A DNA stretch of 64,000 nucleotides from Fistulifera solaris (taxonomy: Eukaryota): positions 682,001-746,000 of the forward strand of contig AP026126.1 of the NCBI GenBank assembly GCA_030295235.1. Direction: 5' to 3'. The position numbers and the translations under genes were made by a program. Shown piece by piece: positions 25,864 to 37,945 of this stretch. The notes under the pieces were generated by a model. The model searched no databases. It was not told the origin of the DNA and worked only from the letters and a program-made list of their open reading frames with translations. Within the stretch, counting starts at the first letter, position 1; each line of letters opens with the position of its first letter.

Positions 25864-27555
25864 ATGAATTTTCCTGGTCCAGTAGGTGCCAAACGACGAC
25901 GCATGCGCAGTGGTGGCAATGTTTCAATTCAATCCAATAGCTCTCCGCCAAGTCCTGTTGAAAATATATCGGAGGAAAAGACATCGCAAACGTCAAAATG
26001 CAAAGGAGCAAAAACCATCCCCATTTTTCTGAAGAGTAAGTCGAAGGAAAATTGTCTCAAACCTTTCGCCTTTTCTTGATGGACTGAAGCCCGTCCACTC
26101 GTTTGGCTCTCTTTCTTACCTACTATTTTTTGGTCGATCAGAGACGTACAAGATGATTGATACCTGCGATCCGGAGATCGCATCATGGTAAGCCTCGTTT
26201 TTCTTTCGCCAGTCGATTGGAGAAAACTTCTTCTGTTATTAAGGTTTTGTTCCTGGATGTTCGTCGTAAAAGTAGTACCTCTTGACAAGTACATCGACCC
26301 GAATTCGCAGACCTCTTTTTCAAAACTCTAATCGGAACATGGTTTTCTCACTGGACGCTTCCACTTTTCCAGGACGTCCGATGGAGAAATGTTTGTTGTA
26401 AAAGATCCCGATCTGTTTGCCTCTCAAATTATTCCGCTCTATTTTGAGCATAATAAATTCAGCAGCTTTGCTCGCCAGGTAAGAAAGTACGCTTACACAT
26501 GGAAGATGGGCATACATTCAACGTCGGGGGCGTTTTTTATGCCAATCTCTTTTCTTCCTCTCACTTTTTTGTTTTTCTATTGCCAGCTGAACTTTTATGG
26601 ATTCCGTAAAATGCAGGCCAAGCCTATCCGAAATAGTGATTACGATGCTGGGACGGCGAAGCATGTCACTTTTTACAATGAGAATTTCAAACGCGGGCGT
26701 TGTGACTTGTTGAAACTGATTCAGCGCTCGACTCGCGGAGGAACCGCAGCTACCGGTGGAGACCCGACCAAGGAAGTTCAAAGTCTTCGTGAATACGTTT
26801 CGAACCTCGAACATAAAATTTCGGAGATGAGCGATGAGTTTGAGGATCGTGTGAGACGCCTCGAGTTGGATATGCTTGCGCGTATGGAGCAGATGATGCT
26901 TTCGATCCAGCAGCAGCAAAATCAAATCCATTTCCAGAAGAACACGTCTATCGGAAGTGTGGCTCACTCGAGTTCATCGCAATCAGGTGGACTAGCGCCG
27001 AACAGCCAAAATACCAACGGAACTTTCCTTCCATATCCGAGAGGGGATTCGATACAGTCAACGGTTTCATTGGGTCTTAGTTCTTTGGGCGTACCTACTG
27101 GATTGAATACCATGAGTTCGTTTGGATTCCAGCAACCTCAAATGCCACTGAATAGTATGTCGGCGCCGCCCACTTTACCGCCTCATCCGAAACAGAAGCA
27201 ACTTCCTTTGAATGGATTTCCTCCGATGAGTGACCCGAGTGACCGCTTGAATTCACTAAGAGGAATATCGCAATTTTCGCGCGGTTTATCTCGCGGCGCT
27301 TCTGTCGAATCAAGTGCCTCGGCGACTTTGTTGCGCAACTCGTGGGACGAGAAGCTTTTTTCGATGCTAATGTCTGAAGGCGAGCACAATGGTACGAATT
27401 TGAATGGAGCGTCATTGGTAAATCCTACGCCGATGGCAGAAGGACATAATGCGGCTGCGCAAGTAGTTTCAAATCGTTCATCGAAATACCAGGAAGATCC
27501 GGCGGAGGATGGAGCAAACGATATGAGTTCTGTCTCAAGTTCGGATATCCCTTAG
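25864..27555 (+). CDS. Heat shock transcription factor
   Basis: Spliced PIFLKKTYKMID...SWTSDGEMFVVKD...YFEHNKFSSFARQLNFYGFRK, then a coiled coil. Four exons. Confidence 0.93.
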
Positions 27556-27862
27556 TCCATCGAGTATATCTGAATACTACACTCTACCTATCCGGCCATC
27601 ACTGGAATTTGTTGTTTCTATGTATCTCTCGCCACAGCTCGCATCAAAAATATTAGGATCGATCCTGTACTTTGAACATGATTTCAGAGGTATAAGTACT
27701 ACTCCGTATTATGATTTTAGTGACACAGGGATCGAGTAGAAAAATCTTGTTTGAGACATTGGGTTGAGAACCTGGGAGTGTTTTACATTTTTAGTTCGAG
27801 CTCTGAGCATTTTACTTATTGGCTACAAGGCCACGTCAGTGTGGGCTTGTGTATTTAGACTG

Positions 27863-27928
27863 ATGGCGGATAACGCTATTCGCTTACTTGCACTCAGCGG
27901 TTCCTTGAGGAGTTCAAGTAAAAACAAT
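27863..27928 (+). pseudogene. 5' relic of an NADPH-dependent FMN reductase-like gene
   Basis: MADNAIRLLALSGSLRSSSKNN matches the family N-terminal GSxR-x-x-S-x-N motif and is cut off at the retroelement boundary. Confidence 0.5.
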
Positions 27929-29220
27929 TCTTAACTTGTTAATCGTCAGAATCTAATCTTGACATTCGACTGAATTTTCCACTTTTCATTCACATATATT
28001 TCAGTCTGACACTTCCCTGAGTAAGCTTTGGTTCTAACTCTCTAGCCTTAGTGCGCTAGTAGAGGGCCAGTCCCGAGCCCGTTTCCCAATGAGGGGGATT
28101 CCGCTTTGGCATTCCTTCTCTTGGATTTCGCAGAAGCATACTAACTGACCTGACCAGGGAAAGACTCATGCGCGCCCGGATGAAGCCACAGATCTCGGAG
28201 TATGGCTTGTTCCACTTCCGGCTGAAGTTTTCTTGCAAGCTGTCTCGATGCTGAAATAGCCTGTTGTCCCATCATTCCGTCAATGGAAAAGACCAGGGGA
28301 GTGAAGTCTCGTCTGCGTTCGTGGCAAGGGGGTCCGTACATGCTACGCTTTTCACGCTCTTGAGAAGCCAGAACCTTAATCGGGTCACGGTTTCTGTATG
28401 ACGGTGCGTCGGTATCAGTAACTCGGACATCGAAAATGGTCGTTCGTCTCTCATTCCAAAGCCATAGGCCGAAACATCTCCCTCGAAGCTCTTGAACCTG
28501 TGTACTGTTGTTGCTGTTGCCAAATGTGTGAATGGTAGGCTCATCGCGAACAGATTTGGGTCCAAAGGCTTGCGTGCAAAGAGACATGAATTCCGCTTTC
28601 AGATCGTCGTGTCTCTGGATAACAAGTCCACCGTTTTTGCATTGTTGTGCATGTTCGACTGTAAACGGTTTATTGCATCCATCACACTTCTTGGGGAGAT
28701 CAAGAATTGGGAGTCCCGAGCTAATTCAGACTGTCACGGAATTCGCTCTTTTGAGAGTTCGGTGTCCGTGAATGTCTGTGGACGCACCGAGAGCCAAATT
28801 CCTGTCGATTTTGCTCGAAGAAGTCTTCGCCTTTCATCTGGTCTTCCAATACAGATTTCGTCAAGCGTTTGAATTTCGTTTTGAAATCGGATTTTTGCGG
28901 CACTGTTTTTCTCTACTGTGGCATGTGAAAGATGCTCTCCAACGTTTAATTCTGTGTTGCTGTATAAACTGTTTGAGATGAGTTTCGTGATTTCTTGTGA
29001 GGTAGAGAAGTTGTGTTCGCATGTCTTTACCGGGCTCCAAATGCCAATCCCCGCTGCTTTTGTGCTGAGAGAGAGAATTTCCCGCAAGTCACCCGTGATC
29101 CGCTGATCTTCGCCAAGTAGTGCCGGGAGGAATTTCTTCTGGATGCATTTCTCAAGGGGTGCAAAGAGATGAGATATTCCAGGAATGACTCGTTGGACGT
29201 ATTGCCATTAAAACTGCAAT
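27929..29220 (-). mobile_element. 5'-truncated, degenerate non-LTR retrotransposon with C-terminal RLE endonuclease (CRE-like)
   Basis: Late RT/thumb LQF*WQYVQRVIPG...FLPALLG, Cys/His finger CDGC...EHAQQCK...GGLVIQRHD, RLE RGDVSAYGLW...TIFDVRVTDTDAPSY...EREK...FTPLVFSIDG. In-frame stop and frameshifts. ORF ends at 28056. Confidence 0.85.
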
Positions 29221-29626
29221 GTGATCCTCGCTATCTGGTATCAACCTGCGCCTAACCTAGCGCTTGCCAGGTATTGGAATGACAAAGACGTTTTTCCCGT
29301 GTTCGCCGGAAATCAAACACGACTCATGGGTCACGGGTCGTCACGGATTTTGGCATCGTGTTTCGCTTACGTAATGAAAACCTTGTTTGTAAAATTTTGC
29401 AGTTCCGCAACCTAATTGTGGAATAAGGTACTTTATCAAAATAAATCGACGCATTCACCAACGGAAGTCTGTGCGGAGAACAGTGTAGAACCTTCAACAC
29501 CGAACACCAAAACAACGTCTGGTGGAAATTTTCCCACACACTGTCTCGGCCCAAATACCAACAATCGTGAGTTTCAAATAATACCAGGTAGCTAAACACC
29601 TTCTATGGCCTATCATTACAACTGAA

Positions 29627-32600
29627 ATGGATTCAATAAAAGAAGAAAAAGAGGAAGATGCTCCGCACGTAGCCACACTACGAAGAGTCGCGCTCTTTAT
29701 GGATGGAATGGCTCGTGCTATCACACTTCCCTTCGGGCCTCCTCTCGTTCATCGATTGGTGAGCGGCAATTCCGATTCCGATACGTCTCCGTGGCCCACT
29801 GCGGCATGGTTTTCGTTTATTGTTTCGATATATATCGTGGGTCGATGGGTAGGGACATCTCTCGCGTTTCGATTGGAAATGGAGGCAACACCCATATTTG
29901 TGGCGAGGCTCGGAGGGATTTTACTATCGCTTCATGTATTTACATACGGTGCTGGTCTCGACTCTGCTCAAGTACTCGTGGCAATCCGATTTTTAACAGC
30001 AGTTGCAGCTGGCTTTCTGTGTGGCCTCACTCGATCGATACGCCTGCCGGAAGATGATCGTTTGTCTCTTTCGTCGGATGAATTGGATGAAGACACACTT
30101 CAGGCTACACGAAGACGAGAGGGGTATATTGATATTGCCTCCGGTACAGCAAAAATATATTTGATAGGCTTTACAGCATCAATTATATCAGGTGGACTGT
30201 TATTTCGAAAGGCCACAAAAGATTCTACATTTCAAACTCTCACGGGGGCGTCTCTTTACACCTGGTCACCTCTTTTTCTCATATCGGTGGCGGCTGCTAC
30301 CGAAGCATGTCTTCGATGGATTTTCGATTGGTCAAAACGTCGTGTCACAGGATACAGTCATCATGATCAGGTACCTTTACTGCAATTTTCATCGGATCTA
30401 GAGTCGCGACTTGACGACAATGATAATAGTCTTGAACAATGGAGTGATAATCAGTCTTTCAAATCTGTTCAACTCGACATGTTTCACAGCCCGAGTCGTT
30501 CGAGGCACGGATCATACACCAGTATGGATGATTTTTATGACTGTCGATCTGTTTTATCGGATGGGGGATCTGTTGATTTAACCGAATCGCGACTCGACGC
30601 CGGCGATTCATGGGTTGCAAAGTACGTGGACGGAAAGTGTGTTTACTCAGATGGTTCGCCTGCCTACGTGCCTGCGGGAGACTCATCAGGCACTATTCCG
30701 GAGAATTTCATGAAATTTTACGGCAATAACCAAACAAAGGCTTTCAAAGCTTGGCAGGCAACACAAAATTGGAGGAAAGATCAGGATGTGTGGAACATCC
30801 ATTCAAAGCCAAACAAGTGGTACTACAAGGTCAAGAGGCATACCCTCACTTCGTTCACGGATACAGCAAAGCTGGATACCCAGTGATTTACGAACAACCC
30901 GGAAAAATGAATCTGAAGTCGCTTTTCGCCGGTGGTTGTCAAGTTCCTGACATGTTGCGCCACTACATCTTTTTCATGGAATTTGTTTCGAACCGAATTT
31001 GCACCAAAGCAGAAATCCGAAGAATAATAGATCAGGATAGAAGTCCTCACTGTTCATCTTCTTGGGGCACCATGGTTGTGCTCGATATCAAAGGAGCTGG
31101 TCTCGGTCTTCTCAATGGTGACGTGATCAAATATCTAAAAGAAGCAGGAGATACTAACTCACAACACTATCCACTGTCTATGAAAAGAGCATTTGTGATC
31201 AATGCTCCCTTCTTTGTGGCGAGAGCTTGGTCTGGCTTAAAAAATTCCATTGTTCCCGCCTCGGTGCAGGTTGATTTATTGTCTGAGAGCAAGTATCTTA
31301 GTGCATTGAGAGAATACATCGATGACGACCAGATTCCGCCAGAGTATGGAGGCTCCAGTCCATATAAGCTTGGAGAACATCCATACGAGGTAGAATTTGA
31401 AAAGCTAGCTAGTGACAACATGAAAATCAATGAAGAGAGCGCTAGCAGTCGGGCAACGTGCGCGTCTCCGCAACCGCCACGGACTACAATAAGGGTTGAT
31501 ACCGATGTTGAGCGGGGATACTCTCTCAGTACGCCACCCGTCTCGTCGTCGAATACCCAGTTTCGGCGGCGATTGCCTTCTGTTGACAAAGTATCACGCA
31601 GCGTCCTGCGCGGAAGCTCCCATGGGTCGATCAAAGCAATTGCGGGAGCCGATGTCATTTTTCTTGTATCTGTGATTCATTGCATTTGGAGTGCATTACA
31701 AGGTGCTATTGAAACTACAATTCCTCTGTGGATGCTCTCCTCGTCTTCATTGGGAGGTCTGGGTTATTCACCGTCGCGAAGTGGAATCACCATGTTTGTT
31801 TCGTGTCTGATACTTCTCTGGGTTTTGAGAACTAGACCGTCTCGACTTGTGTCTCGAGTACCATGCAAAGCTCCCTTGCGTGCATTGCGTATCGGTGCAG
31901 GTTCGGAAGCTGCTTTGCTTGGCTTGTTAGCATTTGTTGCGAAATCAAGAGAGTGAGTGATAATCATATTCGTTCGACTTTTGTGCTCTCATGCTAGAAT
32001 CTCACGTTCTTCTCATTGCTTTACAGAGAGGCCTTGCGAACGGATTCTGTGTTCGTAATGACGACTACCATCGTCGCTTCCGCCTCTTTGGCCTTGGCCA
32101 GCATGGTGGGAAGGTCAGCGTCAAAAATTCTGCATCGCATTGCCACCGAAAGCTATTTGCGAGATGCCAGGCAGGTTAAATTCATGCCAAATCCGACCTC
32201 CATGCCCAGTTTTAAGATGGAAAGCGAAATGGGTCGATGGACTGCGTTTCTCAATATCGCTTCTGAAGTGATTGGTTCTACTACTTCCGCGGCTATATGG
32301 TCTTGGTCGGTCTCTTACGGCAGTTTCCTCCCGTTTGATTCGGCATTGACGTTTGTCTTGTTGTCGATTTTGGCTTTTGCACTCTACACGTGGTCATTCT
32401 CGCTCTATTTGAACCCAGCCGGAGAGTTTGCCCCTCACCCGGAAGATAGTCAAAGTACATCCCGTTGGAGCCGCTTATTTCTCTTTCTCCGCGAGATTGT
32501 TTCCGTATCGGGTCGTGATATGGCATCGTTGTTTGAAGAGAGTAACTGGGCCCCGAATCATCCCGTGTTACTGAGTAGCCGATCACGGTCACGGACCTTG

Positions 32601-32672
32601 TCGGGGGCATCGGTGCGGTTGGTAGAATTCTATGACAGTCGATCGGCACCTGTTCGTGGCAAAGTCATATGA
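29627..32672 (+). CDS. MFS-like membrane protein with an inserted CRAL-TRIO (Sec14) domain
   Basis: N-terminal TM bundle, then HGYSKAGYPVIYE...QHYP...VINAP...YIDDDQIPPEYGGS (CRAL-TRIO), then a second TM bundle with IPLWMLSSSSLGGLGYS. Frameshift near 30835, in-phase intron 31953-32026. Confidence 0.75.
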
Positions 32673-33120
32673 TAGTAGCACGCTAAAGTAAATGTTTGTT
32701 TGTGGTCTGCAGAGAATGCTGCCTAGATTCCAAAGTTATTCGTTCGCGGTGGTTCAATAATAAAAGTGCGCTACTGTCAATGTGTGTATAACACCGATGA
32801 AGGGTTCGAGAATTCATGGTCGTATGCCGTATGCCACAGACCGCGTGGAATGGAAATAAGTAGTACTGTACAAGGCGGTCGATCCTATTCTTGGGGTGTA
32901 GCTGATCCATGACTTGAATAATTGTTGTCGTGGTAATTTTGATCGCCTACACTTCCTTGCCTTTCCAAAATCGCCTTTCCAAAATCAGGGTTCATGACTG
33001 AAATGAAGTCATGGAAATAATGTTGATTCTCCACTTTGATTATTACTACATATTACGTATTTGATAGTCAGCTGAAGTAAGGACGTATACGTCCTTAAGC
33101 TGAAGAGGACGCCTAATCCT

Positions 33121-33280
33121 ACTACCTGGTACGTACCTGGTACCGTACCGGGTACCGGGGAAGGGACGTTAAAATTCTGCCTCCCAGTACAAGATTCTCC
33201 GTATCGTCCACGACAAGGCAGAATTTTAACGCCGTGTCCAGGGACCGGAACCAGGTATCAGGTACAATGTACTACGTAGT
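33121..33280. repeat. Fold-back (MITE-like) element
   Basis: Perfect 16-bp inverted repeat CGTTAAAATTCTGCCT (33167-33182 / 33216-33231) with imperfect GTACC-rich outer arms. Confidence 0.6.
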
Positions 33281-33388
33281 CAGCTAAAACGATCTCACCC
33301 TCCACGCGCACCAAAATGATCACAAAATAATAATATTTCGGCTTGTCATCTCATCATAATTTCCTGCCTTTATTTGATTGGAAATATC

Positions 33389-34497
33389 ATGCCCCATCGA
33401 TTTTTACATATTCTAGGAGATGCATTTGTCGATCACTTTTGTTTTTTAGACGGAGATTGGCCGGAAAAGGAGGAGACGCTCTGTTAACTCAGCCCATTCG
33501 ATCGTACGCGGGCGGTTCGTCGGTGAACACCGCAACACACTATCAATCCCTTGTGACGCAATCGTCGACGACGACGACTCCTGCACCACTGAAATTGCAC
33601 ACCGTATTGAATGAACATGATTCTTTTGGACAGCTTTTGCTGGAGCACGCACAACAGCACAACTTTGCTCTCATCAACTGTCGTCGCCCATCCGACACTG
33701 CTTCGACGGGTCATTGCATTGCCATTGTATCCAAGGGAGAACGCACGTTTATGACACATCCCGGCTGTGTGCACCATTTTACAGCGAAAGACGTTTCCAT
33801 AGAACCTATCATTCAGCACGACGGTGATGTACATATTCACGTGGCAGGATATTTTAATATCACCGGCTTTTGGCACGGAACATTACGTGATTTGTTACAA
33901 ACAATTCGTTCGGAACGAACCAAACAATATCCACTTTACTCGACCACCATTTCTCTCGTGACACAACACGATGTATCCAATCAATGGGATGGCGGTATCG
34001 ATGAGGTGGTATCGTGTCTGGATTTCATCATTGTGAACGAGTTAGAAGCCAATCGAATCATGCAACGAGGACGCAAGGACGAATCCATTCCACCGTGTAA
34101 TTATGATCCTCTACCCGACTGGCTTTCCTTCTGGTCACCTCTCAATCCCAAAGCATGCATTGTTGTCACACGAGGGTCGGAAGGAGCGGTCGCGTTTCGA
34201 AATGGAACAGTTTTGGCGTCTCTCCGTCCGGCCGTTCCCGTTCAACTGGTGGATCCGACGGGAGCGGGGGATGCGTTTGCTGCGGGGTTTCTCTACGGTA
34301 TTTGGAGTGAACACGACAACGATAGTAATAAAACAAATCATCAAAACGTCTTGTCGGCTCAAGATATTGCCAACGGGCTACAATGGGGCTGTGCTGTTGG
34401 CACCGCATCGGTGAAGGTCCGTGGAGCCAGTGTGCCTTGTCACATCGAATCGATTCGCGAAATATATCAGAAGCAAATGGAGAATATACAGCTATGA
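33389..34497 (+). CDS. PfkB/ribokinase-family carbohydrate kinase
   Basis: MPHRFLHILGDAFVD start, frameshift near 33440, GGSSVNTA, NELEA, VTRGSEGA, VDPTGAGDAFAAGF. Confidence 0.9.
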
Positions 34498-34528
34498 ATG
34501 GAATTTTATTAGTAGCTTTGTCATTCAT

Positions 34529-36449
34529 TTATTCCGAAAATTCAAATTCAGGCTCGGGTAAACCACGAATTCCTCGAGGAGCTTGTACTCGGTAGAGACC
34601 TCCACCATCCGGTCCGCGCGTCGTGATGAAGATCTGATCCAAATTCGGTCCGCCAAATGTCACAGACGTAGGGCTCTTAACAGGCAAGTGGACGATAAAG
34701 TCTATAGCTCCGCTGTTGGGATCGATGCGGACGACTTGACCAGCTCCAGTGAGGGCAACCCATAAGAAGCCATCGGCGTCTTAATAAAATGCAACAAGAA
34801 TTAGAAGGGCAAAAGATTGATTACCATCCAATTTCATTTAGCGCACGTGACTCACCTACTTGTGCGCCATCTGGACCTCCAGGCATATTTGCTGGCATGG
34901 TCCAGATCAATTTACGGTTGGACAGTTTACCTCCAAATTCGACTGGGTAGTCGAACGAGTAAATTTTCCGTGTCGGTGTATCACAAAAATACATCTTATC
35001 ACCCGATGCGGGGAAGCAAATGCAATTTGAAACACGGTAATCCATGGATTCGTCAAGTAGTGATTCCAAGTAACCATCCTTGTTCAAGCGATAAAGGCCA
35101 GCAATGTTGGCCTCTCCCAAAGGTGTTCTGTGATAAGTGTTGTACATGCCAATCACGAAACGTCCCTGGCGATCCACTCGACCGTCATTCGGCCGCGTGA
35201 CATCTGTTAGTTCGGGACGATCACACAATATCCGAGGGCCCGACGCAAAGTCTGTGGTATCGGGAGAAACGAAAAGTCCTAGAATCGCCTTTTCACCAGC
35301 AACGACAAGTGATCCCCGCTGATTGGATTCCATGAGACCAATACAGCCAACAACCGTACTTGCCAATCTTCGGTATGCTGGTTCTGTTCGTGTCAACGTC
35401 CAAATTTCACCCTCTGGAGCGGAAACCCAATATAGAGCTTGGTCTCGTACTGACCAAATGGGTGACTCGCCAAGCACATTGGTGCACGGCACCTCCAATT
35501 GCGCAGAAAGTTCCTTTGGTCGCGCATATACTCGTGACATTGTGGCAGATCCATCCACAATTCTGGTGAACGAGTCGGCCGTAAGTGATGCTCCACCAAC
35601 GAGTGCTCCGTCAACATCTGGCATACTCATCAATGAATCGACATTCTCAGGATTCACACTGCCCCCATATTGGATTCGAACACTATCGGCTGCTTGATAT
35701 CCATACACATCAGCTAAAGTTTTCCGAATGACAGTATGCGCTACCTGCGCTTGCTCTGGTGTTGCAACTTTCCCTGTTCCGATGGCCCACACAGGCTCGT
35801 AGGCGATGATAATGCGACTGATGTCATTAATGCTTACTCCTTTCAAACCTTTTCGGATTTGAACGTCACAAACACTAGCCAGTAGCTTGCTCTCGTATTC
35901 ATCTTCTGTCTCCCCGACACAGAGAATGACACCAAGACCTGGTTCCGCTAGACAAAGGTGTAATTTCTTGTTGATGTCGACATCCGACTCACCAAAGATG
36001 GCCCGACGTTCCGAATGTCCGAGCATGACATAGTCAACACCGATGGATCTCACCATAGAAGCGGAAACTTCGCCAGTATATGCTCCTGATGTCTGAAGAG
36101 CGACATTCTGTGCCCCGACCTTAATTCCAGATCCTTGCAGCACCAAGAGAGCCTCCAGAAGGAACGGAAAAGGAGGGAATACAACAACTTCGACGTCTAG
36201 TTGAGCCGGAGTGCGATGATTAACGAAGTTTGCATGCAAAAGCTTGAGTAATTGAGATGCCTCCGCAATAGTTTTAGGGTTCAATTTCCAGTTTCCAGCT
36301 ATCACAGGGCGACGTGCTTTGAAAAGAGCGAATGATGGTCGTTGATGATTCGTCAGGCTTCGGCGGTTTTTCACATGAAGCACAAACGCTCCAGTAGAAT
36401 AATCACATAACAAAATTGCTAGAAGGACGGCTGTGCAGAAAGGTTTCAT
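34529..36449 (-). CDS. Plastid-targeted triosephosphate isomerase fused to an SMP-30/gluconolactonase domain
   Basis: Signal peptide + GA-F. AGNWK, GHSERR, AYEPVWAIGTG, YGGSV, then LGESP, RPNDG, SN, GPDG. Intron 34855-34780 restores DADGFLWVA...TSVTFGG to the stop at 34529. Confidence 0.9.
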
Positions 36450-36752
36450 GATAGAAGAAAAGGCAACAATTTATTTGGTTGTATAATAAGAAACTAGTAG
36501 ATGATTGTCTAGCCCATCGATCTTTCTCGCATCATCATCATCCGTTCACAATAATGTCAATAAATGTCGCACTGGCATTTTCACGGTTTCGAAGAGGGTT
36601 TGCGTTATTGCCGGATGGATGCAATCGTAAAAATTCAAAGAGAAACAAGAACAGCTGCCTCATCATTCTGATCTTTCATCTGCTGTTCTAATAATCTGAT
36701 CATTCATCTGCTGTTCTGATAAGAAATTCTTGTTACTCATCAATCATCAATC

Positions 36753-37016
36753 ATGGCTGAACATAATTCCTCAGCGCCACAATCTGCTCCCAAAGAAGAC
36801 GAAGGCGTGTCTGCCTTGCAATTCGCCATCATGGCGGTCGTTCTCGGATCGTCTGCTGGCATGACATTGTACACGAAACGGACCGGTTCAATGTTACAAA
36901 CTATGAATCAAATAACGCAGAATCAGCTTGCCAAAAATCCGCCCAAGTTTGGACCTCCCACCAAGAAAGAATGGGAAAAGTTGCGTCCACGGTTTGAAAA
37001 AGATGATTTCTTTTAG
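36753..37016 (+). CDS. Small single-TM hypothetical protein
   Basis: 87-aa ATG ORF with one hydrophobic helix and a GPPTKKEWEKLRPR tail. Confidence 0.6.
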   Translation: MAEHNSSAPQSAPKEDEGVSALQFAIMAVVLGSSAGMTLYTKRTGSMLQTMNQITQNQLAKNPPKFGPPTKKEWEKLRPRFEKDDFF

Positions 37017-37508
37017 TGACGAAAGGACAAATGAATCCTATTTGCCCGAGTGTTCTGGAGTTGATTATCCTATCCAAGAGTTTTCTTTTCTGTTTACATG
37101 ATGCCTTTCATCCCTTCCTAACGCAGAATCATTCCATCAGTTGATGATTTTTACTCCGTACATCTTATCCGATGGATCAGATCATTCTTTTATGAGGTCG
37201 ATTCTGACTTTCATATCAATAAATGACAAATGTGATTAAACACTTATGAAAGGAAGGATGCGGCCAATAGTTTTAACTAGTCGTTCTAAAACGTTACTGG
37301 TACGATGTTATGCCTTAGTGAAAGAAAGTCGTCTTGGGTGAACCTCGTCGGAATATCAAAGTGTTATGCCTTTTTGTTCAAATGTGTGTGATATACTTTG
37401 AAAGTTAACTTTCTTAGAACACACTTGCTGATGTTTTTTAGCTTTTGCTATCATTATCTAGTCTATGCCGTTATGCTCTTCGCGCGATGATCGTTGGATT
37501 ACTACGAG

Positions 37509-37795
37509 TATAGTCCGAAGTGTAGGCTACCTTTCTCACGAATGGATTTTAGTCATGAGTCAGTTGGGTTTAGCACCGTTTATTAGCCTAAACATGAGGC
37601 TCGTGAGTTTATATCAAGGTTGGTCCACCTTATTTTAAGATTAAACTTGTCCCGCTGCATTTGTTCTCCATTTCAACAATAATTAGCCATACAAACCACG
37701 ATTCTTCGTCGAACATCACACCTAGAGTATGATACATCATGGTGTTGGGGGCAGAGAAGGAGGACCATTTTCATGAGACTGGATTTCAGTCATGA
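37509..37795 (+). repeat. Two copies of the dispersed palindromic repeat
   Basis: TATAGTCCGAAGTGTAGGCTACCTTTCTCACGAATGGATTTTAGTCATGAGT (37509) and TCATGAGACTGGATTTCAGTCATGA (37771). Confidence 0.8.
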
Positions 37796-37945
37796 ATCCG
37801 TCAAAAGATTTTTTGACGTTTTTCTTTTTCTCGTCGCCTCTTTGCTGTCATCACTTAAGAAAAGATATTGTTACCTTTCGATCAAAATAAAATGTAAGTA
37901 AATGATACTAGTCAAGTGTAATTGTATTCACCGTAGAATAGGATC

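Noticed and set aside
29214..29280. Minus-strand TACCTGGCA...GCGAGG...CATTGCA resembling U1 snRNA
   Set aside because: It lacks the ACTTAC 5' end, the stem-loop I pattern and an Sm site. CATTGCA lies in the RT coding frame.
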